A stretch of DNA of 63,998 nt, counting the filler, from Theionarchaea archaeon (GTDB lineage Archaea > Methanobacteriota_B > Thermococci > Methanofastidiosales > SZ-28-30), in assembly GCA_018992565.1 (NCBI GenBank). It is 7 parts of 7 records of this genome, joined end to end, with 100 filler letters (N's around TTAATTAATTAA, not from the genome) between each part and the next. Parts side by side here need not be neighbours in the genome. Positions count along the whole stretch, not along the records: positions 20,097 to 29,921 come from JACVGW010000092.1; positions 30,022 to 39,507 come from JACVGW010000093.1; 5 more parts are not named here. One strand, 5' to 3'. Both the position numbers and the translations under genes were made by a program. The stretch's first letter is position 1; each line of letters opens with the position of its first letter. Of this stretch, positions 20,137-31,065 are shown in pieces. The notes under the pieces were generated by a model. That model made no database searches and was not told the DNA's origin. It saw only the letters and a program-made list of their open reading frames with translations.

Positions 20137-21327
20137 CTACAGCCGCCATAGGAAAAACAGTGTAAAACAGATATTATAGAGAATAATAATCCCAACTGAA
20201 GGCAGAAACCGCTTGTAAACTCCAAACAAGGAAGAATGGAAATACTCCTTTGTCAGAATCAGGCACAAGTGCAGAGGGCTTGCCAGATATCCGGCAAAGG
20301 CTGAAGTGTACAAGATAGTGGCAAAAACAGGTGGGGAAAAGGGAGATAACGGCTCCAGCAAGGGAAAACATACACCGATAGACAGGAGAGCAAGTCCCAT
20401 GAACAGGCTGACTACGATGGGGAGCCCAACGATCAGCAGTGCTGCAGGACTTCCTTCCAGAAGATCCATAACCTGTGTAACCACAGGAGACGTATTGACT
20501 ACCTGACGGAAAAACATAAGTCCAACCATGGATAGTGCCATAGTGACTGATATTCCCCGCACGACTGTACGGAGTGACTCCTTGACCGAGAGGTTGCCCT
20601 CATAAAGCAGCAAGATCAGCCCCAGAATCAGGCCCACCACCAGAGGGACTCCAGCAGCATTCAGTGCAATCACCAGCAGTATGGGAGACAATCCATATAA
20701 TACGCGCAGAAAACTTCCTTGACCATGCTGGCCCTCGCATTTCTTGATAGACCTCAGCCCCATCACGTATCCTGTGACAACAGCAACGACAAAGAGAGGA
20801 ATCAGCAATCCAATCATGCTAAAAACACTGATACCTGCCAGACTTGCGGGCAGTATAATAGTGGTACTGAGAGGGAAGATGATGAGCAGTGCATGCCGAA
20901 ACCACAAATTCAAGTAGGTTTTGTGCTCGGGAGACAGGTGCAGCCTATCTGCCTCAGGCTCTATCACTGGAGCTGACATGAGGGCCCCTCCGGGAATGGG
21001 CATCATGCCGAATGCAGCAGGAATGGCAGCAAGAATCGTTTTTTCGCCTGAAATTTTCCTTAATTCATCTATGGTTCTGTCAATCTGGCCTGTCTGCTTA
21101 AAACTGTATCCCATGATACCAATAAGGGTAATAACTGCAGTCAGCGTGAGGGTTTGCTCATCTCGAAGTGTTTCAACTGCACAATCTGCAAATTCCCTTA
21201 TGGAGAACCCAGAAAAGACACCAATAATAATACTCCCGACTATGATGGCCACACCGTAGCTGACCTTCTTCCGTACCAGTAGGAGAATAGTGGCAAAAGC
21301 TACGGGAATACCTAGAATGGCGATCAT
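20137..21327 (-). CDS. DUF401-like membrane protein
   Basis: Polytopic; MPIPGGALMSAP, NLWFRH, SPLHLCLILT. Confidence 0.8.
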   Translation of the reverse strand: MIAILGIPVAFATILLLVRKKVSYGVAIIVGSIIIGVFSGFSIREFADCAVETLRDEQTLTLTAVITLIGIMGYSFKQTGQIDRTIDELRKISGEKTILAAIPAAFGMMPIPGGALMSAPVIEPEADRLHLSPEHKTYLNLWFRHALLIIFPLSTTIILPASLAGISVFSMIGLLIPLFVVAVVTGYVMGLRSIKKCEGQHGQGSFLRVLYGLSPILLVIALNAAGVPLVVGLILGLILLLYEGNLSVKESLRTVVRGISVTMALSMVGLMFFRQVVNTSPVVTQVMDLLEGSPAALLIVGLPIVVSLFMGLALLSIGVCFPLLEPLSPFSPPVFATILYTSAFAGYLASPLHLCLILTKEYFHSSLFGVYKRFLPSVGIIILYNICFTLFFLWRL

Positions 21328-21394
21328 TATGCTGCCAGAAGACAGGTGTTCTTAAAGGTTTGCTCTGTTATCTCCGGCATTGAAGGGAGAATCT

Positions 21395-22315
21395 CTAATC
21401 TGATGTGGCCACAACCACTGTATAATAGAAATCAGTGAAGAAATCCAGTTCCCCCAGCCGAAACAGAAGGGAGAAAAGCTCATCCTTTTCCCTCTTGTTC
21501 AGCAGGAAGAGACGAACGAAAAAATACGAGCCGACAGAAAAGAACAGTGAGGTGGAAGGTAATTTCCCAAGAATGTCAGCCAGCTGCCTGTGATAGTCAG
21601 ATTTGAATACAAAATCAAAGATGATGTATGTATCCATTCCTCTCGGGTAGAATGCAGTCTGAATCAGGGCCACCTCCTGCAGTCTGGACATCCACTTCTG
21701 GTAGCGCTCGAAGCGAATAGTATACTCTTTGAGAACAGGCATAGCCTGCTTTCTGATGTCATTCTTGAAATAATCGAACAGGGTCCATTCTGGATATTCC
21801 CAGGAGTTCTCCTTGATTTCCTCATACAAAACAGATTTCGCTTCCGGAAGAGATAGCATGTTATATATTTTGTTCATTGATGAATCCCAGTTCAGATAAC
21901 TCACCTTGGGGAGATACGTTGCCCCTTTGACCCCTTGAAGAACTGATTTCTGGAACCCCTTCAGATGAGAGAAATCCATGATTCGTTCACAAATCAACAT
22001 GATGTTCCAGGTTCCTGCACACAGGGTTCTGTTTCTCACGTGCGGGAATCCAGCAAAATGACTGTATGCATTCATAGGGTTGCTGAATTTGAGTAAGCAT
22101 GCATACTGGTGGTAGTTCTGGGCAGGTTTCAGGAAGAGCATGGGGCCCCGGATAATGGAAAGACCATACATTTCTCTGAGATAACGGGATACCGTACTGC
22201 GGGAGATGCCAGTATTCTTGGTAATCTGATACAAAGGTGTATCTGGGGTATTGTAGATTTGCTCATAAATTTTGTAGTATTTTGGCAGTTTTTTCCCTGT
22301 GGAAATTCGACTCAT
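21395..22315 (-). CDS. Winged-helix/Lrp-like DNA-binding domain protein
   Basis: N-terminal HTH ITKNTGISRSTVSRYL; start set to MSRIST. Confidence 0.7.
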   Translation of the reverse strand: MSRISTGKKLPKYYKIYEQIYNTPDTPLYQITKNTGISRSTVSRYLREMYGLSIIRGPMLFLKPAQNYHQYACLLKFSNPMNAYSHFAGFPHVRNRTLCAGTWNIMLICERIMDFSHLKGFQKSVLQGVKGATYLPKVSYLNWDSSMNKIYNMLSLPEAKSVLYEEIKENSWEYPEWTLFDYFKNDIRKQAMPVLKEYTIRFERYQKWMSRLQEVALIQTAFYPRGMDTYIIFDFVFKSDYHRQLADILGKLPSTSLFFSVGSYFFVRLFLLNKREKDELFSLLFRLGELDFFTDFYYTVVVATSD

Positions 22316-22534
22316 TTTTCTCACCCGAAACCTTAAGGACTGTCTGTAGTGATGGTAGAAGTCTGTTCCGGACCTGGCACACTGTAAGTTCCCAGGGAAG
22401 TTGAATTTCCACGTTATCCCTATCATAGGCTTGCGGTTTATAAGGGTTTCGGAACAGATATAATGCAAGGAGATAGGTGATATAGCAGGCAAATTCCTGA
22501 GAGAACGTGCTGAAAATATGGAAATCGATAACAG

Positions 22535-23557
22535 TCATGTAAGCAGCCAGGGATTGCCTATTCCCACTCTGCTGAGATGTTTGCTCGCTGCTTCCAGGCA
22601 GCCATATGCCAGCTCCCGGGACGTGCAGGGGAGATCTGAGAATTTGAAATGAGGGTGAAACGCAAGCAGGGAATAGGGTATGTCAGGATCAAGAGCTGAA
22701 ATGAACTGAGCAATGTCAGATATCTCTTTCTCATCAATGTATCCTGGAACCAGCAAGCTGGAGGCTACCAGGATCGGGGGCTCTCTCCTGTGGAATTGCT
22801 CATGAATGTACGTGAAGTTAGAGAGTGTATTCCTGTTTGACGCGCCACACAGGGCGTAGTGGAGAGAATCTGAATAAGCTTTCAGGTCGAATTTTATTGT
22901 ACCGCCAGAAGCAAAGGCTGTTCTGCCCACTCTCCTGGCAAGGTTTCTGGAGAAGGCACCATTCGTTTCCCAACAGACACGTACATCAACTCTTTTTGCC
23001 ACATTGAGTGCATGCATAATCTGAGGAGTAGGATCTCCTCCAAAATAGCAGATACAAGCTGTTTCTTCATCCACACGAGAAACCAGCTCACCCACACTCA
23101 TGGTGCCAGATACTGTCCTGTAGTGCCAGTTCTGACAAAACAGGCAATTGTAGGTGCAGCTTTCATAAAATACAGCCAGATTCTTCCCAGTAGTGCTATG
23201 TCTCTCCCCACAGTAGTCCATGGAAACGCAGTTGGTGGGCAGAAGATCGTAGTAACATTCCACAAACGCAGTATCTTCAGATCCAGATCGGGGCATTACT
23301 GACCCATGGGTGTTCCTGCGGACTCCACAGTATCCAGAATATCCTTCTTCAATCCTGCAGTCATTGACGCAGAACCCACATAAGACACCCCGGTCCGGAG
23401 GTGTTTCTGGCATTGCATATTCTCTCTTGATTCTTCTGTGGACAGCTTCAGCCAGGGGGAGAGCCTTTTCAGGATGTGTCCTGATGCAGGAGAGACACAC
23501 AGGGAGTGCCCTGGATAGTACTGAGTCCTTTCCACAGAGGATGCAGGAGGTCATCAT
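22535..23557 (-). CDS. Radical SAM protein, PFL-activase/AmmeMemoRadiSAM-like
   Basis: CTYNCLFCQN, FGGDP, WETNG, FDLKA, LLAFHP; N-terminal Cys motifs. Confidence 0.88.
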   Translation of the reverse strand: MMTSCILCGKDSVLSRALPVCLSCIRTHPEKALPLAEAVHRRIKREYAMPETPPDRGVLCGFCVNDCRIEEGYSGYCGVRRNTHGSVMPRSGSEDTAFVECYYDLLPTNCVSMDYCGERHSTTGKNLAVFYESCTYNCLFCQNWHYRTVSGTMSVGELVSRVDEETACICYFGGDPTPQIMHALNVAKRVDVRVCWETNGAFSRNLARRVGRTAFASGGTIKFDLKAYSDSLHYALCGASNRNTLSNFTYIHEQFHRREPPILVASSLLVPGYIDEKEISDIAQFISALDPDIPYSLLAFHPHFKFSDLPCTSRELAYGCLEAASKHLSRVGIGNPWLLT

Positions 23558-24049
23558 TATAACACGTATCCACACCAGAAATAGGTTATGCTGAATTGAT
23601 CTGGTACTTCACAGGGTTAGCCCACACACGTTGCAGCCACTCAGAAAGAGAGGTTAAAAAAAGAAGAAGGGAAGATGAAAGATGAGTATGTCATACTACC
23701 TGGATTTATATATAAAGAATTTCATGCCATTATTTTATAACCTCGAAAAAAAAGGATACTTGAAGTATATTACCTCAATCAGGAACATTTTCAGGGATTA
23801 AAAGAGCCTTTGACTTTCAAAGAAGCAGATGAACTTAATTTCAATAGTGGCAATGCCCCTTGATTCTCAGGAGAAGATCAAATAAAAAAAGGGAGGAAAG
23901 ACAAGAGAACGTGTTTAGCCAGCTCATAGGAGCTGGCTTCCGGTGGAGATACACCACTCTCCTCTCCAGGCTTTTTATAGATAGTGCGAGAGCACAGGAA
24001 AAGTATTCTGCGCTCACTGCACTCTATACCGGATGAAACAAGGTTAATA

Positions 24050-24991
24050 CTAGTACCCGCATCGTTTCTTGAGGTTCTCCCATTCTCTCTCCACTTCTTC
24101 CTGGATAGAATCCAGGAAGGGCTTCCTCGCGTCGGTAAACAGGTGTCTGAATCGTCCTTGTTTTCTCATCCAGTCAATGACAGATGTTTTTTCCTTCTTG
24201 CCCTCGGCAATCTGCTTGGAGTAACCAGTGAGTCTCCACTCTCCATTCTCAACTTCATATAAAGGCCAGAAACAACAGGTTACTGCTTCTTCTGCCATGG
24301 CAATGGATTGATCCGTTTCATGCCTCCATCCTCGAGGACATGGAGAGATAATATTAAGGAAGGTTGGGCCTTCAGCACTGAGGGCCTTCTGCACCTTGCC
24401 AATGAGGTCATTGTAGAATGACGGCGAGGTCTGTCCACAGTATGGAATATTGTGAGCTGCTACAATTGCAGTCAAGTCCTTCGGGAACCTCCTCTTCCCG
24501 GGGATTACCTTCCCTGCCGGGCTCGTGGTGGTGGAAGCTCCCTTCGGTGTAGCAGATGATCTCTGGATACCTGTGTTCATGTAGGCTCCATTGTTGTAGC
24601 AGATGTACAGAATATCATGTCCGCGCTCCAGTGCTCCCGACAGTGCCTGAATTCCAATGTCATAGGTACCTCCATCTCCCCCGAAGGCCAGAAACTTGAT
24701 GTCCCTGGTAATCTCGCCCTTCCGTTTCTTCACCTGGTACATGGTCTCCACACCTGCAATGGTGGCTGCTGCATTCTCGAATGCAGAATGTATCCAGGGG
24801 ACTCTCCAGGCAGTATACGGGTAGATGGTGGTGGCCACTTCCAGGCACCCTGTAGCATTGGCAATAACCACAGGATCTTCAGCAGCAAGGAGAACCTGCC
24901 TCACAATAATCGAGGCACCGCATCCCGCGCATAACCTGTGTCCAGGTGCCAGTAGCTCTTCCTTTTCTGATAATTTCTTCAGACTAACCAT
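24050..24991 (-). CDS. porB: Pyruvate:ferredoxin oxidoreductase-type beta subunit
   Basis: GHRLCAGCG, GGDGGTYDIG, YMNTGIQRS, PCPRGW. Confidence 0.92.
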   Translation of the reverse strand: MVSLKKLSEKEELLAPGHRLCAGCGASIIVRQVLLAAEDPVVIANATGCLEVATTIYPYTAWRVPWIHSAFENAAATIAGVETMYQVKKRKGEITRDIKFLAFGGDGGTYDIGIQALSGALERGHDILYICYNNGAYMNTGIQRSSATPKGASTTTSPAGKVIPGKRRFPKDLTAIVAAHNIPYCGQTSPSFYNDLIGKVQKALSAEGPTFLNIISPCPRGWRHETDQSIAMAEEAVTCCFWPLYEVENGEWRLTGYSKQIAEGKKEKTSVIDWMRKQGRFRHLFTDARKPFLDSIQEEVEREWENLKKRCGY

Positions 24992-26158
24992 TTATCTCAC
25001 CCCGAGATAGTTGACGTACGATTTTACCTTCCCTGTCTTGGCCACAGTGCTCATGTCAGTTATGACCTGTTCAACCTGATCCTGTCTGATATCACGCCCG
25101 CCCAGTCCGTAAATGTAGTTGACTACTTCCACGTCTTCACCAAGCAGTGCACTCCGCACTTCACTGAAAACAGGGCCACCAAAAGCACCATAGCTGTCAG
25201 ATCGATCCATCACTGCCACTGCCTTCATTCCCTTGAGCATCTCTTTCAATCCATCTTTGGGGAAAGGTCTGAATACACGCAGCTTCACCAGCCCCACCTT
25301 TACACCTTTCTGGCGCATTGCTCTCACTGCAACCCGCGCAGTTCCTGATGTAGACCCAAGGGCCAGGACTGCGATCTCTGCATCATCCATCTCAAAAGGA
25401 TGCAGCATATCAAATGACCTTCCAGTCACTTTTCCATATTCCTGACCAATCCGCTTGACCACATCGTAGGCCAGCTCCATGGCTTCGACCTGCTGCCTCT
25501 TGTGCTCGAAGTAATAATCGTACAAGTCCAAGGGTCCATACGTTACAGGATTGTCAACGTCCAGAAGAGGGTATATCGCTTTGAACTTACCAATAAATTT
25601 CTGAACCTGCTGATCGTCCAGTGTTTCCAGACGCTCAGTGGCATGGGATAAGGTGAACCCGTCCATGTTGGTCATCACAGGCAGTCTGACATTTTCATGT
25701 TCTGCAATTCTGACCGCCTGAATAATGTTGTCGTATGCTTCCTGCACGTTCTCTGCATGAATCTGAATCCATGAGGAGTCTCTGGCTCCCATGGCATCTG
25801 AATGGTCACAGTGAATGTTAATGGGAGCAGAAAGTGCCCTGTTCATCACATTCATGACGATAGGACACCTGTTGGAGGCAGCCACATACAGGACTTCCCA
25901 CATCAAAGCCAATCCTGCTGATGCCGTAGAGGTCATTACCCGTCCACCTGCCAGAGAAGCTCCGATACAGCAGGACATGGCAGAGTGTTCCGAATCTGCC
26001 ATAATCAACTCTGTATCCACATCTCCATCTGCGACATAATCAGCAAATCGTTCCATAGCTACAGTCTGAGGAGTTATAGGATAGACTGCCACGACATCAG
26101 GGTTGACCTGTTTCATGGCATAGGCTACTGCTGTATTGCCGGAGAGTGCTTGAATCAT
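24992..26158 (-). CDS. porA: Pyruvate:ferredoxin oxidoreductase-type alpha subunit
   Basis: YPITPQT, SEHSAMS, NRALSAPINIHCDHSD, YGLGGRD. Confidence 0.92.
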   Translation of the reverse strand: MIQALSGNTAVAYAMKQVNPDVVAVYPITPQTVAMERFADYVADGDVDTELIMADSEHSAMSCCIGASLAGGRVMTSTASAGLALMWEVLYVAASNRCPIVMNVMNRALSAPINIHCDHSDAMGARDSSWIQIHAENVQEAYDNIIQAVRIAEHENVRLPVMTNMDGFTLSHATERLETLDDQQVQKFIGKFKAIYPLLDVDNPVTYGPLDLYDYYFEHKRQQVEAMELAYDVVKRIGQEYGKVTGRSFDMLHPFEMDDAEIAVLALGSTSGTARVAVRAMRQKGVKVGLVKLRVFRPFPKDGLKEMLKGMKAVAVMDRSDSYGAFGGPVFSEVRSALLGEDVEVVNYIYGLGGRDIRQDQVEQVITDMSTVAKTGKVKSYVNYLGVR

Positions 26159-26439
26159 TGTTCTCCCTCCTCTTTCATTTCAATAGCATCGAAGGGGCAA
26201 ACCTTACTGCAGATCCCGCACCCTTTGCAGTAGTCATAGTCAATTCCAACTACTTTTCCATCTTTCACCTTGATGGCTGCATCCGGGCACATGATCCAGC
26301 ATTGGAGACAATCAGTACACTTCTTCTCGTCTCTGATTGGTTTCTGAGATCTCCAGTCTCCTGTCTTGTACAGGACAGAGTTCCCCGCATCCACAATCAA
26401 GCCCCCCCATAAGCATTCCTTCCATCCTTTCTCTTTCAT
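26155..26439 (-). CDS. porD: 2-oxoacid:ferredoxin oxidoreductase delta subunit
   Basis: TGDWR, CTDCLQCWIMCP, YCKGCGICSKVCP. Confidence 0.92.
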   Translation of the reverse strand: MKEKGWKECLWGGLIVDAGNSVLYKTGDWRSQKPIRDEKKCTDCLQCWIMCPDAAIKVKDGKVVGIDYDYCKGCGICSKVCPFDAIEMKEEGEQ

Positions 26440-26996
26440 GATCTCACCTCATTGTATGCGCGTCGCAAAGCTTCAATATTGGCATCAGTTCCTTTCTTTC
26501 CTATCTTGGATTCCAGCATCTGGCGAATCTGGTTCTCGGCCTGCTCAAGTGCCACCAGACCGGTCACTTTGACCAGTGCACCCACACAACAGGTGTTGGC
26601 AATGGGCCTTCCAATAGTCTCCATGGCAATCCGGGTGGCATCCACTGTGTAGATCCTGCCCATGAACTTGGTGATTTTTCGAACCTCATCAGGAGTACCG
26701 GAAAAATTCGCAATTAGCTTCCCTTCATCAGAGAGACCTTCTGTAATGGCGGGATTTTCCAGTAACGATGGGTCCAAAACCACAACAACATCGGGAGTGT
26801 ACACATGGGAGTGAATTTCAATGGGGCCATCAGATATCCGGGTAAAGGCTTTGATGGGAGCTCCCATTCGTTCAGGCCCAAATTCAGGAAATGCCTGCAG
26901 GTACTTACCTTCTGCCAGAGCTGCTCCTGCCAGTAACTCTGAGGCAGTAACGACGCCCTGGCCTCCTCGTCCGTGCCATCTCACTTCTACAAACAT
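26436..26996 (-). CDS. porG: 2-oxoacid:ferredoxin oxidoreductase gamma subunit
   Basis: [24 protein letters not shown]. Confidence 0.92.
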   Translation of the reverse strand: MFVEVRWHGRGGQGVVTASELLAGAALAEGKYLQAFPEFGPERMGAPIKAFTRISDGPIEIHSHVYTPDVVVVLDPSLLENPAITEGLSDEGKLIANFSGTPDEVRKITKFMGRIYTVDATRIAMETIGRPIANTCCVGALVKVTGLVALEQAENQIRQMLESKIGKKGTDANIEALRRAYNEVRS

Positions 26997-27004
26997 TGCA
27001 TCAC

Positions 27005-27913
27005 CTAGAATAATCTACCTAATTTCTCTTTCTTGAGGAGTAGTTCCCAGGTTTCATCCACATGGTCTTGAATGTACTGGATCTGCTGGTCTGTCAGGTG
27101 TCTGAATCGTCCCTGAACTTTGAGGTATTCCGCGACAGGAATGTTCTGTTTTGGTTTCCTATTGATGGAATAGACCCCGTTCTCGATCTCATACAGCGGG
27201 AACACACGGGTCTCCACTGCAAGTCGGGGCAACTCCAGCATCAGTTCAGGTGGGCTTCTCCATCCTGTTGGACATGTAGCCAGTACGTGGAAAAACCGTG
27301 TCCCCCTAATCTCCTTCGCCTTTTTAAGCTTTCTGACAAAATCCTCTGGGTGACCCACTGTTGCACTTGCGACATAGGGGATCTTGTGTGCTGCCATGAT
27401 TTCCATCATGTTCTTCTTTGGCCTATCCTTTGGATGCTTCCTGGGAGTGGTTGTGGTCCATGCTCCCCACGGTGTGGCAGATGATCGTTGAATACCTGTA
27501 TTCATGTAGGCTTCATTATCATAGCACACGTAGATGATGTCTTCATCACGTTCTGCTGCAGCAGATAAAGCCTGTACACCGATATCAAAAGTCCCTCCAT
27601 CTCCTGCCCAAGCCAAAACAGTTGCATCCCTTTCTCTGATGTTGAGGCCTGCCTTGAGACCTGAGGCAACAGCTGCAGCTGTCTCGAACGCAGTGTGATA
27701 GATAGGCATCTTCAAAGCAGAGGTAGGGAATGGTCCTGCAATAATTGACCAGCAACACGCGGGGATGACCACCATGGTCTGAGGTCCCAGCGCTTTAAGG
27801 GCGAGTCGCATAGCATATGCAGCTCCACATCCCTGGCAGTCCACCGTGCCCGGGAACATGTATTCCTCTTCGGGGATTGTTGCCCGCATCATTTTTTTCT
27901 CACTCTTGCTCAT
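27005..27913 (-). CDS. 2-oxoacid:ferredoxin oxidoreductase beta subunit (second set, Vor-like)
   Basis: CQGCG, PACCW, AGDGGTFDIG, DNEAYMNTGIQRS, CPTGW. Confidence 0.92.
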   Translation of the reverse strand: MSKSEKKMMRATIPEEEYMFPGTVDCQGCGAAYAMRLALKALGPQTMVVIPACCWSIIAGPFPTSALKMPIYHTAFETAAAVASGLKAGLNIRERDATVLAWAGDGGTFDIGVQALSAAAERDEDIIYVCYDNEAYMNTGIQRSSATPWGAWTTTTPRKHPKDRPKKNMMEIMAAHKIPYVASATVGHPEDFVRKLKKAKEIRGTRFFHVLATCPTGWRSPPELMLELPRLAVETRVFPLYEIENGVYSINRKPKQNIPVAEYLKVQGRFRHLTDQQIQYIQDHVDETWELLLKKEKLGRLF

Positions 27914-29064
27914 AGTTTCACCCCCCACCAGAGAATTTCCTCAATATTACAGGTCTCAGCTTGTTTCACAATTCCCGTGATGTCGTCTATTTTCATGTCT
28001 CTGCCTCCCAAGCCCGCAACGAATCCGTACACGGGGGGAGTATGCTTAGTCTGGTAGAGGCTGGCTTTGATCTCGTTGAAGAAGATCCCCTGATTTCCGA
28101 AAGATATGTTCCGGTCGATCACAATCATCTTATTTACTCTGGATGCGATGTCCCGGATTTCCTTGTTAGGGAATGGTCTGAATAGCTTGATTCGAGCCAA
28201 TCCAATCTTTCTTCCTTCCTTTCGCATAATATCCACAGCATCCTTGGTTGTAGAAGCAGTAGATCCTGCAATAAGTATGACCTCTTCAGCATCGTCACAC
28301 CGGTACAGCTCCAGTGGACCATAGTGACGTCCAAAGGTTTCTCCAAACTCCTTTTCTACTTCGCGTACCTTCACCAATGCCTTCTCATGTGCTTCCTGTA
28401 TCAGGTAACGCAATTCCATGTACCATTCAGGTGTGGTCAGGGCACCAAAGGCGTGTGGATCCTTTAAATCCATCTTGTACGGTGGATCAAAAGGCGGTAG
28501 AAATTCATCAATGAGCTCCTGATCTGGCATCTCCACTGGCTCATACGTGTGAGATAGGATAAAAGCATCCAGAACCAGCATACCAGGAAGGAGAACCTGC
28601 TCGCACACCTTGAAGGCAATCATCGTGGTATCATACACTTCTTGATTGCTCTCGCAGTAGAACTGCAGCCATCCAGTATCCCTCTGAGCCAGCGAATCAT
28701 TCTGATCAGTCCAGATGCTCCAGGGAGGACCCATGGCACGGTTAACATTGGCCATCACCACAGGATGTCTTCCATTGGCCGCCCAGTGCAACATCTCGTG
28801 CATTAAGGCGAGACCGTGGGCAGACGTTGCAGTATATGCCCTGGCTCCAGCTGCTGAAGCTCCGATGCATGCCGCCATGGCAGAATGCTCTGACTCCACC
28901 TTGATGAACTTGGCCTTTAACGTGCCGTCAGCGCAGAATTCGCTGAGCAGCTCAACAATCTGAGTCTGTGGAGTTATGGGATAGGCAGCAATGACTTCTG
29001 CCCGGGAATCTCTGGCTCCAAAAGAGGCAGCGTGGTTTCCAGTTATTACCTTCACAGTACTCAT
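27910..29064 (-). CDS. 2-oxoacid:ferredoxin oxidoreductase alpha subunit (second set)
   Basis: AYPITPQT, VESEHSAM, NRAMGPPWSIWTDQND. Confidence 0.92.
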   Translation of the reverse strand: MSTVKVITGNHAASFGARDSRAEVIAAYPITPQTQIVELLSEFCADGTLKAKFIKVESEHSAMAACIGASAAGARAYTATSAHGLALMHEMLHWAANGRHPVVMANVNRAMGPPWSIWTDQNDSLAQRDTGWLQFYCESNQEVYDTTMIAFKVCEQVLLPGMLVLDAFILSHTYEPVEMPDQELIDEFLPPFDPPYKMDLKDPHAFGALTTPEWYMELRYLIQEAHEKALVKVREVEKEFGETFGRHYGPLELYRCDDAEEVILIAGSTASTTKDAVDIMRKEGRKIGLARIKLFRPFPNKEIRDIASRVNKMIVIDRNISFGNQGIFFNEIKASLYQTKHTPPVYGFVAGLGGRDMKIDDITGIVKQAETCNIEEILWWGVKL

Positions 29065-29342
29065 ATCATCACCCGTTCATCTTCCATTTCAATGGCGTCC
29101 TTGGGACATTCCTCCGCACATACGGCGCAGCCCTTGCAGTAATCCATGTCCCATTCTGGGTATTCGCCCAGCTTTATGCAGGCATTGGGACACACTTTCC
29201 AGCAAATACCGCACTGTATGCATCTCTCCTTATGAAATACAGGTTTCGCATTTCTCCAGTTTCCCGTCTTGGTCAATTCATGGGTGACAGAAATAGAACA
29301 TGGAGGCAGGTCATGTGCCCCTCTAAACTTGACTTCACTCAT
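29061..29342 (-). CDS. 2-oxoacid:ferredoxin oxidoreductase delta subunit (second set)
   Basis: [30 protein letters not shown]. Confidence 0.92.
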   Translation of the reverse strand: MSEVKFRGAHDLPPCSISVTHELTKTGNWRNAKPVFHKERCIQCGICWKVCPNACIKLGEYPEWDMDYCKGCAVCAEECPKDAIEMEDERVMI

Positions 29343-29917
29343 AGTACCACCATCTCGTATGCATCTTTGGCTGCCTGGGCGTTTTCTTCTTGTTTTGCAG
29401 GAACGCCCTCTCTAACAGCAGTCAACAATAAGTCCAGGTCAATCTCGCCGGTGGCCTTGGCAAATGCTCCCAGTATTGCTGTATTAACAATAGGAGCCTG
29501 TCTTGACCCTAATTTGTATTTAACAGCGATTGATGTAGCATCCACGGTAGCTATGGAAAAAGGCCCCTTCAATTCCACATCCTTGGGGTCCATGGATGTA
29601 TTGATGAGGATCATGGCTTTTCCCTCTTCCTGCTTCTTGTAGGAGGAGGACACTCCACATCCTGCAGCCACGTCCACCTGTCCTACCAGGGTGGGATCAA
29701 GGACCACCACGTAGTCAGGGTTGTAGATGAAGAATTTTATCCGTATAGGCTTACTATCAATCCGGGTGAAAGCAGTAACAGGAGCACCTCTGCGCTCCAC
29801 ACCGAACATAGGAAAGGCTTGAACGTATTTTCCATCACGAAACGCGGCATCTGCAAGAATTTCAGAAGCTATTACAGCTCCCTGGCCACCTCGACCGTGA
29901 AATCTGATTTCGATCAC
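29339..29917 (-). CDS. 2-oxoacid:ferredoxin oxidoreductase gamma subunit (second set)
   Basis: [22 protein letters not shown]. Confidence 0.92.
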
Positions 29918-30021
29918 TTTGNNNNNNNNNNNNNNNNNNNNNNNNNNNNNNNNNNNNNNNNNNNNTTAATTAATTAANNNNNNNNNNNNNNNNNNNNNNN
30001 NNNNNNNNNNNNNNNNNNNNN

Positions 30022-30609
30022 CCTGAAAACCCCGAAAACAGTGCCATATCCGCAGGTAGCCAGAGAGCCTGCATGACAGTGAGTAAGAATTTTATATATA
30101 CTTCCATCTTTTGGCTTACTATTCTTGAAGATTTTCAGTGCGTGTTCGCCAATCATCTTATTTGCCCTAATGTCTTCTTCAACTATCTTTTCAGCCTCTT
30201 CCAAAGCTATGTGTTTCAGTCTCTCGACTCCAGACCCTTTACCTTCCCGTAACGCGTCAAGTACTCTATTTACACCCCAACCCAAATTGACTGCAGTAGG
30301 TCGAATGCCAGTAATCTCCTTCACTTCACCCATTTTCTCAAAAAATTCTTCTTCAGTACCTTCACAACGCTGTGCTTCAAGAGCCAGGGCATATGCACCA
30401 GCAGCACCCAGTGCAGGAGCCCCCCTAATCCTTAACACAGAAATAGCCTCTTCTATGCATTTCCAGGTATTACATTCAATAATTTCTACTCTGTCAGGAA
30501 GGCATGTTTGATCAATCATTTTCACAACCTTCTTTTCCCGATCCCACCAAATGGTCATTGGCACTTCCCAATCAGGAAGCCTCCTGACATCCTCGCCTAT
30601 TTTAATCAT
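30022..30609 (-). CDS. mtnA: Methylthioribose-1-phosphate isomerase (3' truncated)
   Basis: IDQTCLP, IRGAPALG, RPTAVNL, LTHCHAGSLAT. Confidence 0.88.
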
Positions 30610-30762
30610 GGTTTAATCCTTATTAGGTCCATTTAAAAGTTTGGTTAATTGTACCTATCTCATTTTGTCAGTCCTTGCGCCTTGGTGTTTCTGCAGCTAG
30701 ATAGTTCAATCTCCACAAAACAAAGAAAAGAAAGATTCAAAAACAAAAGCTATTGAGGTGGA

Positions 30763-31065
30763 CTACTTCGACATGTAGATCTCAATTGACGACACGTTGG
30801 ATACTGAGCCATCTTCTCGCTTGACTTCTTCAGTGCCAGTTTTAATGTCATCAATATTGAGCTCCTGTATGAACTTGTTTCTCACGATCTCAGATACGTC
30901 AACAGCCTTGGAAATTGCTCTTCCTCTGGCCTTAAGTACCACCTTATTCGAGTTTCCTGTGTTGAACTGAGTTACGGCAGCGAGCACGTAGCTCATCACC
31001 GGTTTCCTACCGATGTACACAACGTCTTCATCTTTCACTTCTTGCTTTGATTTCTTCTCTGGCAT
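30763..31065 (-). CDS. albA: DNA/RNA-binding protein Alba
   Basis: [43 protein letters not shown] before ATG 31065. Confidence 0.97.
   Translation of the reverse strand: MPEKKSKQEVKDEDVVYIGRKPVMSYVLAAVTQFNTGNSNKVVLKARGRAISKAVDVSEIVRNKFIQELNIDDIKTGTEEVKREDGSVSNVSSIEIYMSK

Noticed and set aside
22535..23557. This radical SAM gene as another RiPP maturase
   Set aside because: No SPASM or RRE domain and no adjacent precursor; motifs fit the PFL-activase-like group.
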